30,698 nt of DNA, from the NCBI GenBank assembly GCA_003519545.1, contig DOWN01000016.1, positions 1 to 30,698 of the forward strand, given 5' to 3'. Every line of letters begins with the position of its first letter. The first letter of the stretch is position 1. Positions 1-8,364 of the stretch are shown here, piece after piece. Made by a program: the position numbers and the translations under genes. Source of the DNA: Bacteroidota bacterium. Lineage in GTDB: Bacteria > Bacteroidota > Ignavibacteria > Tepidaquicellales > Tepidaquicellaceae. The notes beneath the pieces were generated by a model. It saw only the letters and a list, made by a program, of their open reading frames with translations, was not told the DNA's origin and did no database searches.

Positions 1-4
1 GCTA

Positions 5-520
5 TTGGCAGAAAGCTTAGTATTAGATAAGTCATTATCAAAACAACAACAATACGAATCACTTCTCCCCCAGATATTTTCTCTGATATCAGATGAGAAC
101 AATATAATCGCAATTCTATCAAATATTTCGGCTGCTTTAAAAGATTCCTTTGATTCATTCTCCTGGGTGGGTTTTTATTTCCTTAATAATAATTCCGGTG
201 AATTAATTCTCGGTCCATTTCAAGGAAAAGTTGCCTGTTCACGTTTACCGTCAGGCAAAGGCGTCTGCCATGCTGCTCTTATTAAGAATGAAACCGTTAT
301 TGTAGAAGATGTTCATAATTTTGAAGGGCATATTGCTTGTGATTCTGGTTCCAATTCGGAAATTGTTGTTCCAATTATTTATAAGGATGAAAAAATCGGT
401 GTGCTTGATATAGACAGTTATGAATTAAATAATTTTGATGAAACAGATAAAATATATTTGGAAAAACTGATTAAAAAGATTAATGAAAAAATATATTTAA
501 TTAAAAAAATGTATAATTAA
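5..520 (+). CDS. msrC: GAF-domain free methionine-(R)-sulfoxide reductase (fRMsr/YebR family)
   Basis: 171 aa, TTG start. Motifs WVGFY, LILGPFQGKVAC, GKGVC, HIACD and SEIVVP with all three family cysteines; LDIDS near the C-terminus. Confidence 0.9.
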   Translation: MAESLVLDKSLSKQQQYESLLPQIFSLISDENNIIAILSNISAALKDSFDSFSWVGFYFLNNNSGELILGPFQGKVACSRLPSGKGVCHAALIKNETVIVEDVHNFEGHIACDSGSNSEIVVPIIYKDEKIGVLDIDSYELNNFDETDKIYLEKLIKKINEKIYLIKKMYN

Positions 521-527
521 CGGTAAT

Positions 528-809
528 ATGAATAAGCAGACATTAATAAATAAGATTTTATTCAAGACAAGTTTAGACAGAAAAACTTCTGATCAGATTA
601 TAGACAGACTATTTGATGTTATAAAAAAAGAAATTATAAGCGGAAATAAAATAGAAATTGAAGGATTCGGAAAATTTGAAAAAATTCATAAAAAGATGTT
701 GAGAAAAGCGAATAAGAAAAGAAAAGTTGAAGAACTATTACCACCGAGAGATAAAGTTAAATTTGAGCCTTCTGAAAATTTAATAGAGGAACTGAATTCT
801 AAAAATTGA
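528..809 (+). CDS. HU/IHF-family DNA-binding protein, divergent (HU-CCDC81-like arm)
   Basis: 93 aa basic protein. MNKQTLI helix, IEIEGFGKFE and LLPPRDKVKFEPS; lacks the canonical GRNPxTG arm motif. Confidence 0.85.
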   Translation: MNKQTLINKILFKTSLDRKTSDQIIDRLFDVIKKEIISGNKIEIEGFGKFEKIHKKMLRKANKKRKVEELLPPRDKVKFEPSENLIEELNSKN

Positions 810-2974
810 AAAAAGAAGAACTTGTAAATATTGTTGTATCTGAATTTGGAGTTGATAAAATTGTCGCGACAGATTTTATTGACAATCTTTTTTCAGTTAT
901 AAATTCAGGTTTTAAAAAAGGAAAAAGACTGAATATTCCTGAGTTTGGAAAATTTATTCTTGTTTCCAAAAAAAATGAAAATAACGAAACCGTAAAAAGT
1001 ATTTCATTTTCACCCGTTAAGAAATTTTCTTTTGATGTCAATTCACGATTTAATAATTTAAATCCAATACCTGTTGCACTTCTGCTAAATCAAAAAGATG
1101 ATAGTCCTGAATATTATGATTTTGAACTTGATGATGATGTGATTGAAGTTTTTAAAGATGAGGAAACGGAGACTGAAACGGAAATTAAAGTTACTGAAAC
1201 ACCCGAAACTAAATCAATAGAAGATGAATCAGAAATTAAAGAGAAATCAGAAATTCAATCTCATTTAGAAAATGTTTCTACGGAAATTGAACAGAAAACA
1301 GTTACGGGTGATGAAGAATCAAAAGATGATTTAGATAATCTTATTGAAAAGAGAAGAAAATCATTTTTTGATTCTGACAGATATTTAAAAGGTAAATCAT
1401 TTGAGAGCGAAGAACCAAGTATCTCGGATAAAATTATAAGTGATTCATTAACAGATGACAAAAATTTAATTAGTGAGAGCGAAGATGTAATTGAATCTGT
1501 AAAAACAGATGATCCTCTCTCCGGCTCGGAGACTCCTTCTGAAAATGATTTAATAAAAAAACTTTCCGAACTTGATTTAAATTTTTCAAACTTACAGTCT
1601 CAGATAGAAAACAGTGTTGACAGTGAGATTGAGAATAAAGATTTAACTCAATCAAAGACAGAATCCGAAGAGAAAAAAGATGATGACTTATTTAAAGGAA
1701 TTGATATAAATAAAATTCAGGATGAGATTAATGCAAAGTTAAAAGAGACTTTCAAATCCGGAGATGATAATGATTTTATCAAAGATAAACTTCAGGACAA
1801 TAAAGAATTAAAAGACGATTTTGAAAAAACTGAATTAAATAAACCGGATGAACCCGAGATTAAATCTGATGAACCAAAAATTTCTTTTGATGATGTATTT
1901 GAAGATAAAGACAAAATAAAACCGGTTTCAGAATCAAAAGATGATGAAGAAATCAAAATTCCTGATATAGATTTTCAAAAAATATTTTCTGAAAACGTTT
2001 CCGAAACTCATACACAGGATACATCAGGAGATTTAAGTGAAACTTTCGAAGGTTCAGATATTTTAATTCCCGATGATATAAAAAAACTGCACAGTGAAAT
2101 TGAAACAGAAAAACCTGACACTGAAAAATCTCTTATACCGGAGGATGATGATTTTAATTTTATAAAAAATTACAGCGATATTTTTGAAAATAAATCTGAT
2201 GATGAAATTAAAGAGACCATAGAGGATAATGGAAATCCGGTTGATTTGCCACCTGTATATACAAGACCACCTGAAGAAGAAAAAGAAAGTAATAAAATTT
2301 TTTCCTTATCGGTTTTACTGGTTATAGTGATTACTGTTTTGGTATTTGCCACCACATATTTTCTCTTAACTTCAGATTTATTCAGTCCGAAAAGATTGCC
2401 GGTGATAACTGATACTTTAACAACTCAACAACAGAATATAACAGGACAAGACACAACTTTAAAAACTACGCCTTCAGATACTTCCAAAATAAAAATTATT
2501 GGCGGAGATACTTTCAGATTAAATGAAACGGAAATTCAAAAATCAAATGAAACCATTAGAGATACAGTAAATACACAAAAAGAGCAACCGGTAACCAATA
2601 ATAATCAACAGACACAACAGCAAACAACACAGCAGAATCAAACACAACAACAAACAAATAATCAACAAACAACTGCAAATAATACAAATCAAGAATCAGG
2701 ATATCGAAATTTAAAACCGGGTGAAGAAGAACAAATCAACGATCCTGCAAACGGAGTTGTTTATGTAAGAACAACAGACGGGGTTTTTATTCAGACAGGT
2801 TCATTTAAGTCAAAAGCAGATGCAGATAAAAAAGCAGGAGCATTACAAAAATCGGGCTTAAACATTCAAATAAAAGAAGCCAACTTAGGTGAAAAAGGTG
2901 TTTGGTTCAGAGTTCGTGCAGGAAAATTTTCTTCTGTTGAAGAAGCAAAAAATAATGTAACCAAATTAAAATGA
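806..2974 (+). CDS. HU-like N-terminal domain + ~400 aa acidic linker + single TM helix + Q/T/N linker + C-terminal SPOR domain
   Basis: TTG start overlaps the upstream TGA (TTGA). HU-like LNIPEFGKF...SISFSPVKK; TM IFSLSVLLVIVITVLVFATTYFLL (~2297-2368); SPOR-type VFIQTGSFKSKADA...GVWFRVRAGKFSSVEEAK (~2783-2971). Confidence 0.85.
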   Translation: MKKEELVNIVVSEFGVDKIVATDFIDNLFSVINSGFKKGKRLNIPEFGKFILVSKKNENNETVKSISFSPVKKFSFDVNSRFNNLNPIPVALLLNQKDDSPEYYDFELDDDVIEVFKDEETETETEIKVTETPETKSIEDESEIKEKSEIQSHLENVSTEIEQKTVTGDEESKDDLDNLIEKRRKSFFDSDRYLKGKSFESEEPSISDKIISDSLTDDKNLISESEDVIESVKTDDPLSGSETPSENDLIKKLSELDLNFSNLQSQIENSVDSEIENKDLTQSKTESEEKKDDDLFKGIDINKIQDEINAKLKETFKSGDDNDFIKDKLQDNKELKDDFEKTELNKPDEPEIKSDEPKISFDDVFEDKDKIKPVSESKDDEEIKIPDIDFQKIFSENVSETHTQDTSGDLSETFEGSDILIPDDIKKLHSEIETEKPDTEKSLIPEDDDFNFIKNYSDIFENKSDDEIKETIEDNGNPVDLPPVYTRPPEEEKESNKIFSLSVLLVIVITVLVFATTYFLLTSDLFSPKRLPVITDTLTTQQQNITGQDTTLKTTPSDTSKIKIIGGDTFRLNETEIQKSNETIRDTVNTQKEQPVTNNNQQTQQQTTQQNQTQQQTNNQQTTANNTNQESGYRNLKPGEEEQINDPANGVVYVRTTDGVFIQTGSFKSKADADKKAGALQKSGLNIQIKEANLGEKGVWFRVRAGKFSSVEEAKNNVTKLK
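2600..2693 (+). repeat. Low-complexity CAA/ACA/AAT-rich tract encoding a Q/T/N linker
   Basis: Encodes NNNQQTQQQTTQQNQTQQQTNNQQTTANNTNQ just upstream of the SPOR domain. Confidence 0.8.
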
Positions 2975-3040
2975 GTTAAACTCATTTATAAACCATTATA
3001 AAAACAGATATTAATAATCACGGATATATCCCAAATTACA

Positions 3041-3069
3041 TTGAAATTCCTTTAATTATTGAATATATT
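3041..3069 (+). promoter_or_regulatory. Putative sigma70-type promoter for the peroxiredoxin gene
   Basis: TTGAAA (3041-3046), 17-bp spacer, TATATT (3064-3069), 32 bp before the ATG at 3102. The AT-rich background lowers specificity. Confidence 0.5.
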
Positions 3070-3101
3070 TAATGTTCAATAAATAATAATTTAAATATTC
3101 T

Positions 3102-3587
3102 ATGGGTTTAGCGGTCGGTGATAATGCTCCGCATTTTACTTTAAAAAGCAAAAATTTAAACGGTGAAGTTAAAGATATTTCACTTTCTGATTATAAAGGA
3201 AAAAAGTTAGTTATTTTGTTCTATCCTCAGTCTTTCACTGGAGTTTGCACAGATGAAATGTGTAATGTTTCAGATGGATTAAATGATTATTTAAATCTTG
3301 GTGCTGATGTGATTGCGATAAGTGTGGATTCGATTTTCACACAGGATGCCTGGTCAAAAGCAAATAATATCAAAATTCCTTTATTGAGTGATTTTAACAA
3401 AGAAGTTATTGAAAAATATGGCACCCGTTATCCTGATGGTGGATTTGTTCACAATATGAATGGTGTTTCAAAAAGAGCGGCATTTGTAGTTGATAAGGAT
3501 GGTGTTATAAGATACACTCAAATCTTAGAATCTGCGGGTGACTTACCTGATTTTAATGCTATAAAAGAAACTTTAAAATCTCTTTAA
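3102..3587 (+). CDS. Peroxiredoxin (AhpC/TSA family, AhpE/PrxQ-like)
   Basis: FYPQSFTGVCTDEMC contains the PxxxTxxC active site plus a second Cys five residues later; conserved Arg in SKRAAFVVDKDGVIRY. Confidence 0.92.
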   Translation: MGLAVGDNAPHFTLKSKNLNGEVKDISLSDYKGKKLVILFYPQSFTGVCTDEMCNVSDGLNDYLNLGADVIAISVDSIFTQDAWSKANNIKIPLLSDFNKEVIEKYGTRYPDGGFVHNMNGVSKRAAFVVDKDGVIRYTQILESAGDLPDFNAIKETLKSL

Positions 3588-3614
3588 AATATTTTTGAGC
3601 GGGATAAGTTATTA

Positions 3615-4547
3615 ATGAAAATTGTCAGAACAGGTGATGAAATCAATTATGATAAAAAAAGTGTAATAACAGTCGGGACGTTTGATGGAGTTCATCTCGG
3701 ACATAAAGAAATTTTAAAAGTTCTAAACGTTGTAAAAGAAAATAAAGGATTGAGAAGTGTAGTTGTAACTTTTGAACCTCATCCGCAAATCGTTCTTAAA
3801 AATAAGGATAAAGATATAAAAATTTTATCCACCACAGAAGAAAAACTTGAGATTTTTAAATCCTCCGGAATTGATTTAGTTTACATTATAAACTTTACCA
3901 AAGAGTTTTCACTTACGTCTGCTGAAGATTTTTATAAATCTTACTTGATAGACAGCATTGGAATTTCCGATTTAGTTTTGGGTTATGATCATATGTTCGG
4001 AAAAAACCGTGAAGGTAACTTTGATTTACTTTCGGAAATTTCCGGAAAATTTCAGTTTAATGTTGATAAAGTGAATGAGTTCACGCTTAACGGTGAGCAT
4101 ATCAGCAGCACAGTGATAAGAAAACTTTTGTTATCCGGCGAAATTGAAAAAGCAAACGAAATGCTAGGACGTGAATATGAACTTTCAGGCACGGTCGTTG
4201 AAGGATTTAAAAAAGGTAGGGAGTTGGGATATCCAACGGCAAATATTAAACCGGATTCTGAATATAAACTTCTGCCCAAAAACGGAATTTATACAGTGAA
4301 AGTGTTAGTTGAAGGAGAAAGATTAGGCGGAATGATGAGCATTGGAAAAAATCCGACAGTTTCAGATTCTGAAGATATTAAAATTGAAGTAAATATTTTT
4401 AATTTTGACAGAGATATTTACGGAAAAAAAATAAAAATAAATTTTTTAAGTTATATAAGGGAAGAAAAGAAATTTGAAACCCTTGATGAATTAATTTCAG
4501 AAATGAAAAAAGATAAAGAAGTTTCATTAAAAAAAATAAATAAGTAA
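3615..4547 (+). CDS. ribF: Bifunctional riboflavin kinase / FAD synthetase
   Basis: VGTFDGVHLGH, GYDHMFGKNREG, ISSTVIR, GRELGYPTAN, SIGKNPT, IEVNIFNF. Confidence 0.97.
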   Translation: MKIVRTGDEINYDKKSVITVGTFDGVHLGHKEILKVLNVVKENKGLRSVVVTFEPHPQIVLKNKDKDIKILSTTEEKLEIFKSSGIDLVYIINFTKEFSLTSAEDFYKSYLIDSIGISDLVLGYDHMFGKNREGNFDLLSEISGKFQFNVDKVNEFTLNGEHISSTVIRKLLLSGEIEKANEMLGREYELSGTVVEGFKKGRELGYPTANIKPDSEYKLLPKNGIYTVKVLVEGERLGGMMSIGKNPTVSDSEDIKIEVNIFNFDRDIYGKKIKINFLSYIREEKKFETLDELISEMKKDKEVSLKKINK

Positions 4548-4554
4548 AAAATAA

Positions 4555-4824
4555 ATGTTAACAAAAGAAGCAAAAAAAGAAATCGTATCAAAATACGGAA
4601 AAGGTGAAAAAGATTCAGGAAGACCTGAAGTTCAGATTGCAATACTGACAAAAAGAATAAATGAATTGTCATCTGAACACTTTAGTTCACACAAAAAAGA
4701 TAACCACTCAAGAACCGGATTATTAAAAATGGTTGGAAAGAGAAGAAAACTTTTAAGGTATCTTGAAAATAAAGACATTGAAAGATACAGAACAATTGTA
4801 AAAGAATTAGAATTAAGAAAATAA
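4555..4824 (+). CDS. rpsO: 30S ribosomal protein S15
   Basis: [38 protein letters not shown]; located in the usual ribF-rpsO-pnp synteny. Confidence 0.98.
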   Translation: MLTKEAKKEIVSKYGKGEKDSGRPEVQIAILTKRINELSSEHFSSHKKDNHSRTGLLKMVGKRRKLLRYLENKDIERYRTIVKELELRK

Positions 4825-4863
4825 AACCGGAAAACTATAAAAGTTATCTGAGTAAATCAATTT

Positions 4864-6963
4864 ATGATAATAAAAAAAAGCATTGAGATAGGTGGAAAAA
4901 CACTGACTCTCGAAACGGGAAGACTTGCAAAACAAGCCAATGGGGCTGTTTTAATTTCGCTGAATGATAATGTAGTTTTATGTACAGCAACTGCAAAAGA
5001 TGAAGCGGCTGAAGGGCAAGATTTTTTTCCGTTAACGGTAGATTACCGTGAAAAGACAGCATCAATGGGAAAAATTCCCGGCGGATTTTTAAAAAGAGAA
5101 GGAAGACCATCCGATAAAGAAGTTCTTAACTCAAGATTAATAGACAGACCTATCAGACCTATGTTTCCTGAACATTATTTATGCGAAACACAGGTAGTAG
5201 CAACTTTATATTCCAGTGAAGGTGATTTTGATGCAGGCGTAATAGGTTGCATCGGTTCATCAGCCGCGTTATTAATTTCCGATATTCCTTTTTCAACTCC
5301 CGTTTCTGAAGTAAGTGTTACAAGAGTTAACGGTGAACTGATTGTATTCCCAACAAGCGAACAGGTTTCAGCAGGTGATTATGAAATAGCAGTAGCGGGA
5401 ACCAAAGATTCAATTCTTATGGTGGAAGGTGAAGCAAAGGAAATTTCAGAAACTGAATTTATGGAAGCACTTAACTTTGCTCACTCTCATATAAAAATAT
5501 TATGTGAATTTCAGGAGTCATTCGCAAAAGAAATTAATGTGAAGAAAAGAGAAGTAGCAACTCCTGAATCTAACAATGAGTTAATTTCTGAAGTTAAATC
5601 TCTTGTGCTTGAAGATATAAGAGCATGGCAAAGAGGAGTATTGACCAAAGAAGAAAGAAAAGCAAGAAACAAAGAAATTCACGAAAAAGCAGAATCAACT
5701 TTACTTGAAAAATATCCCGAGTTACAGGATAAAATTCACAGCACAATAAATGATATTGAGTATTATGAAATGAGAGAGATGATATTAAATGAAAATAAAA
5801 GACTGGATGGAAGAACAACAAGAGACATAAGAAATATAAACTGTGAAATTAGTGTTCTGCCAAGAACGCACGGTTCAGCGTTGTTCACAAGAGGTGAAAC
5901 TCAAAGTTTAACAACCGTAACACTCGGAACGAAAAGAGATGAACAGATAATAGACGGTACAAAAATTGATACGACTAAAAAATTTATGTTACATTATAAC
6001 TTCCCTTCGTTTAGCACCGGTGAAGTAGGCGGAAGACCGGGACCAGGCAGAAGAGAAATCGGACATGGAAACTTAGCAGAGCGAGCATTAAAAAATATGA
6101 CGCCTGATGATGTAGAATTTCCTTATACAATCAGAATTGTTTCTGATATTCTTGAATCGAACGGATCATCTTCAATGGCTACAGTTTGTGCAGGTTCTCT
6201 TGCTCTTATGGATGCAGGTGTTCCAACAAAAAAACCTGTTGCCGGTATAGCAATGGGCTTGATTAAAGAAGGTGACAGAACTGCAATTCTATCTGATATA
6301 TTAGGTGATGAAGATCATTTAGGTGATATGGATTTTAAAGTTGCTGGAACAGTTGACGGTATTACTGCGATTCAAATGGATATAAAAATCCAGGGAATTT
6401 CATTTGATATAATGGAGAAAGCACTTGCACAGGCAAAGGATGGAAGACTACATATTCTTGGAATTATGAATCAGACAATTGAGAAACCAAAAGAAAATAT
6501 TTCACAATATGCACCTCATTTATTCTCGATGACAATTCCTGTTGATATGATTGGTATGTTAATCGGTCCGGGTGGAAAAAATATTAAAAACATTATCGCA
6601 ACAAGCGGTGCTGATGTTGATATTGATGATACAGGAAAAATTACAATTGCAGCAGTCTCTCCTACATCCGCAGATATTGCGAGAAAAATGATTTCAAGAA
6701 TGACAGAAGTTCCAGAAGTAGGGAAAACTTATGAAGGAATTGTTAAAGGTATGAAAGACTTTGGTGCTTTTGTTGAGTTCTTACCGGGCAAAGAAGGATT
6801 ACTTCATATTTCAGAAATTGCACACGAAAGAACAAAAGCAGTAAGTGATGTTTTAAAAATGGGAATGGAAGTAAATGTTAAACTCATAGGAATTGATGAT
6901 CAAGGCAAGTTTAAACTTTCCAGAAAAGCACTCTTACCAAAACCAGGTCCTTCAAAAGACTAA
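4864..6963 (+). CDS. pnp: Polyribonucleotide nucleotidyltransferase (PNPase)
   Basis: ETGRLAKQANG, FFPLTVDY, RLIDRPIRPMF, RREIGHG, SNGSSSMA, DHLGDMDFKVAG; KH (IGPGGK) and S1 (GLLHISE) domains. Confidence 0.99.
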   Translation: MIIKKSIEIGGKTLTLETGRLAKQANGAVLISLNDNVVLCTATAKDEAAEGQDFFPLTVDYREKTASMGKIPGGFLKREGRPSDKEVLNSRLIDRPIRPMFPEHYLCETQVVATLYSSEGDFDAGVIGCIGSSAALLISDIPFSTPVSEVSVTRVNGELIVFPTSEQVSAGDYEIAVAGTKDSILMVEGEAKEISETEFMEALNFAHSHIKILCEFQESFAKEINVKKREVATPESNNELISEVKSLVLEDIRAWQRGVLTKEERKARNKEIHEKAESTLLEKYPELQDKIHSTINDIEYYEMREMILNENKRLDGRTTRDIRNINCEISVLPRTHGSALFTRGETQSLTTVTLGTKRDEQIIDGTKIDTTKKFMLHYNFPSFSTGEVGGRPGPGRREIGHGNLAERALKNMTPDDVEFPYTIRIVSDILESNGSSSMATVCAGSLALMDAGVPTKKPVAGIAMGLIKEGDRTAILSDILGDEDHLGDMDFKVAGTVDGITAIQMDIKIQGISFDIMEKALAQAKDGRLHILGIMNQTIEKPKENISQYAPHLFSMTIPVDMIGMLIGPGGKNIKNIIATSGADVDIDDTGKITIAAVSPTSADIARKMISRMTEVPEVGKTYEGIVKGMKDFGAFVEFLPGKEGLLHISEIAHERTKAVSDVLKMGMEVNVKLIGIDDQGKFKLSRKALLPKPGPSKD

Positions 6964-6981
6964 CCGAAAAATTAAAACAAG

Positions 6982-7009
6982 AGGCAGGTTAATCCTGCCT
7001 TTTTTGTTT
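6982..7009 (+). terminator. Rho-independent terminator after pnp
   Basis: AGGCAGG (6982-6988), TTAAT loop, CCTGCCT (6994-7000), then TTTTTGTTT. Confidence 0.85.
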
Positions 7010-7068
7010 ACACGCATTAATCTTAAAATCTCACCTTTTTTGTTTATTTAAATCTTTTATATTGTATA

Positions 7069-7413
7069 ATGAGTAAGTATGTTAAATCATTTAAGGTTTC
7101 CGAAATTTTTAATAAACGGGGAAAATTATTTCAACTTGATGAAGAAACTGAAGTTGCGATTTTTAAAGTTCAGGATGTAATTTATGTCGTTGATAATTTT
7201 TGCCCGCATAATCATTCACCACTTATGTATCAAGGTTATATTGAAGATAATGAGTATGTCGTCTGTCCGATTCATGCTTTCAGGTTTAATTTAAAAACAG
7301 GCGAACAACCTCACGGTAAGGGATGTAAACTCAGAATTTTTGATTACAAAATAGAAGGCGAATATATTTATATTAAAAAACCATCTTTCCGAATTTTTAA
7401 TTTTGAATTTTAA
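7069..7413 (+). CDS. Rieske [2Fe-2S] ferredoxin (NirD/BphF-like small Rieske protein)
   Basis: CPHNHSPL...VVCPIHAFRFNLKTG supplies the CxH / CxxH ligands; 114 aa. Confidence 0.9.
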   Translation: MSKYVKSFKVSEIFNKRGKLFQLDEETEVAIFKVQDVIYVVDNFCPHNHSPLMYQGYIEDNEYVVCPIHAFRFNLKTGEQPHGKGCKLRIFDYKIEGEYIYIKKPSFRIFNFEF

Positions 7414-7422
7414 TTTTTCTAA

Positions 7423-8361
7423 GTGACCGGAAATAATCTAAAAAACAGTATTGTCAGAATATGCAAAGATTCAGGATTTAGTCTTGTTAAATTTTCAAAA
7501 CCTGAAATTCTAAAAAGTGAAAAATCATATCTTGAGAATTGGATTAAGGATAAAAAAAACGCTACGATGAAATGGATGGAAAATAATATCGAAAAAAGAG
7601 TTAATCCTTTTTTAGTTATGAACGATGTTAAATCTATAATCTCTCTTGCATTGTTATATGATACTCCTGTCTTACACTCAGATGACTCAAACTTACCAAG
7701 AATTTCCAGATATGCTTGGGGAAAACGTGATTATCATAAAATTATAAAATCCAAACTTAAACAAATTTGTAAAGATATAGAATTGCTCTCTCCTGAAATT
7801 AAGACTAAGTTCTATGTGGACGATGGTCCTATGATGGATAAAGTTTGGGCTGTGAGATCAGGTATTGGTTGGATGGGTAAAAACACAAATGTAATAAATC
7901 CTGATTTAGGCAGTTACTTTTTTCTGTCTGAAATTCTAATCAATATGGAATTAGAGTACGATGAACCAATTGAAGATATGTGTAAGAATTGCAGATTGTG
8001 TTTGGTTGAATGCCCGACGGGTGCTTTGTATGATGAGTATAAACTTGATGCGAATCTTTGCATTTCATACCAGACAATTGAAAACAGAGGAGAAATTCCG
8101 GATGATTTAAATTTAAACGGATGGATTTTTGGATGTGATATATGTCAGGAGGTTTGCCCTTATAATTCAAAAGGAGTTTTTACAGATGAAAATTTATTTT
8201 TTCCCCGTGAAGAATTAACTAATAAATCATTTGATGATTTATTAAATTACACTGAAAAAGATTTTAACGAAACTTTTTCAGGAACTCCGGTTAAACGCAC
8301 AAAATATACCGGATGGATAAGAAATCTAAAAAAAGCAAAATCCGAAATTAACAAAAACTAA
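7423..8361 (+). CDS. queG: tRNA epoxyqueuosine(34) reductase
   Basis: GTG start. ISRYAWGKRDYH, YVDDGP, GIGWMGKN, CKNCRLCLVECPTGAL, CISYQTIE, WIFGCDICQEVCPYN (two 4Fe-4S Cys sets). Confidence 0.96.
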   Translation: MTGNNLKNSIVRICKDSGFSLVKFSKPEILKSEKSYLENWIKDKKNATMKWMENNIEKRVNPFLVMNDVKSIISLALLYDTPVLHSDDSNLPRISRYAWGKRDYHKIIKSKLKQICKDIELLSPEIKTKFYVDDGPMMDKVWAVRSGIGWMGKNTNVINPDLGSYFFLSEILINMELEYDEPIEDMCKNCRLCLVECPTGALYDEYKLDANLCISYQTIENRGEIPDDLNLNGWIFGCDICQEVCPYNSKGVFTDENLFFPREELTNKSFDDLLNYTEKDFNETFSGTPVKRTKYTGWIRNLKKAKSEINKN

Positions 8362-8364
8362 ATT

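Noticed and set aside
799-2355. Several 60-80 aa minus-strand ORFs opposite the HU-SPOR gene
   Set aside because: Complementary-strand artefacts of low-complexity coding sequence.
3588-3614. FMN riboswitch upstream of ribF
   Set aside because: The intergenic region is only 27 bp and has no RFN consensus.
7065-7070. Perfect TATAAT upstream of the Rieske gene
   Set aside because: It overlaps the ATG itself, so it cannot be that gene's -10, and no matching -35 was found.
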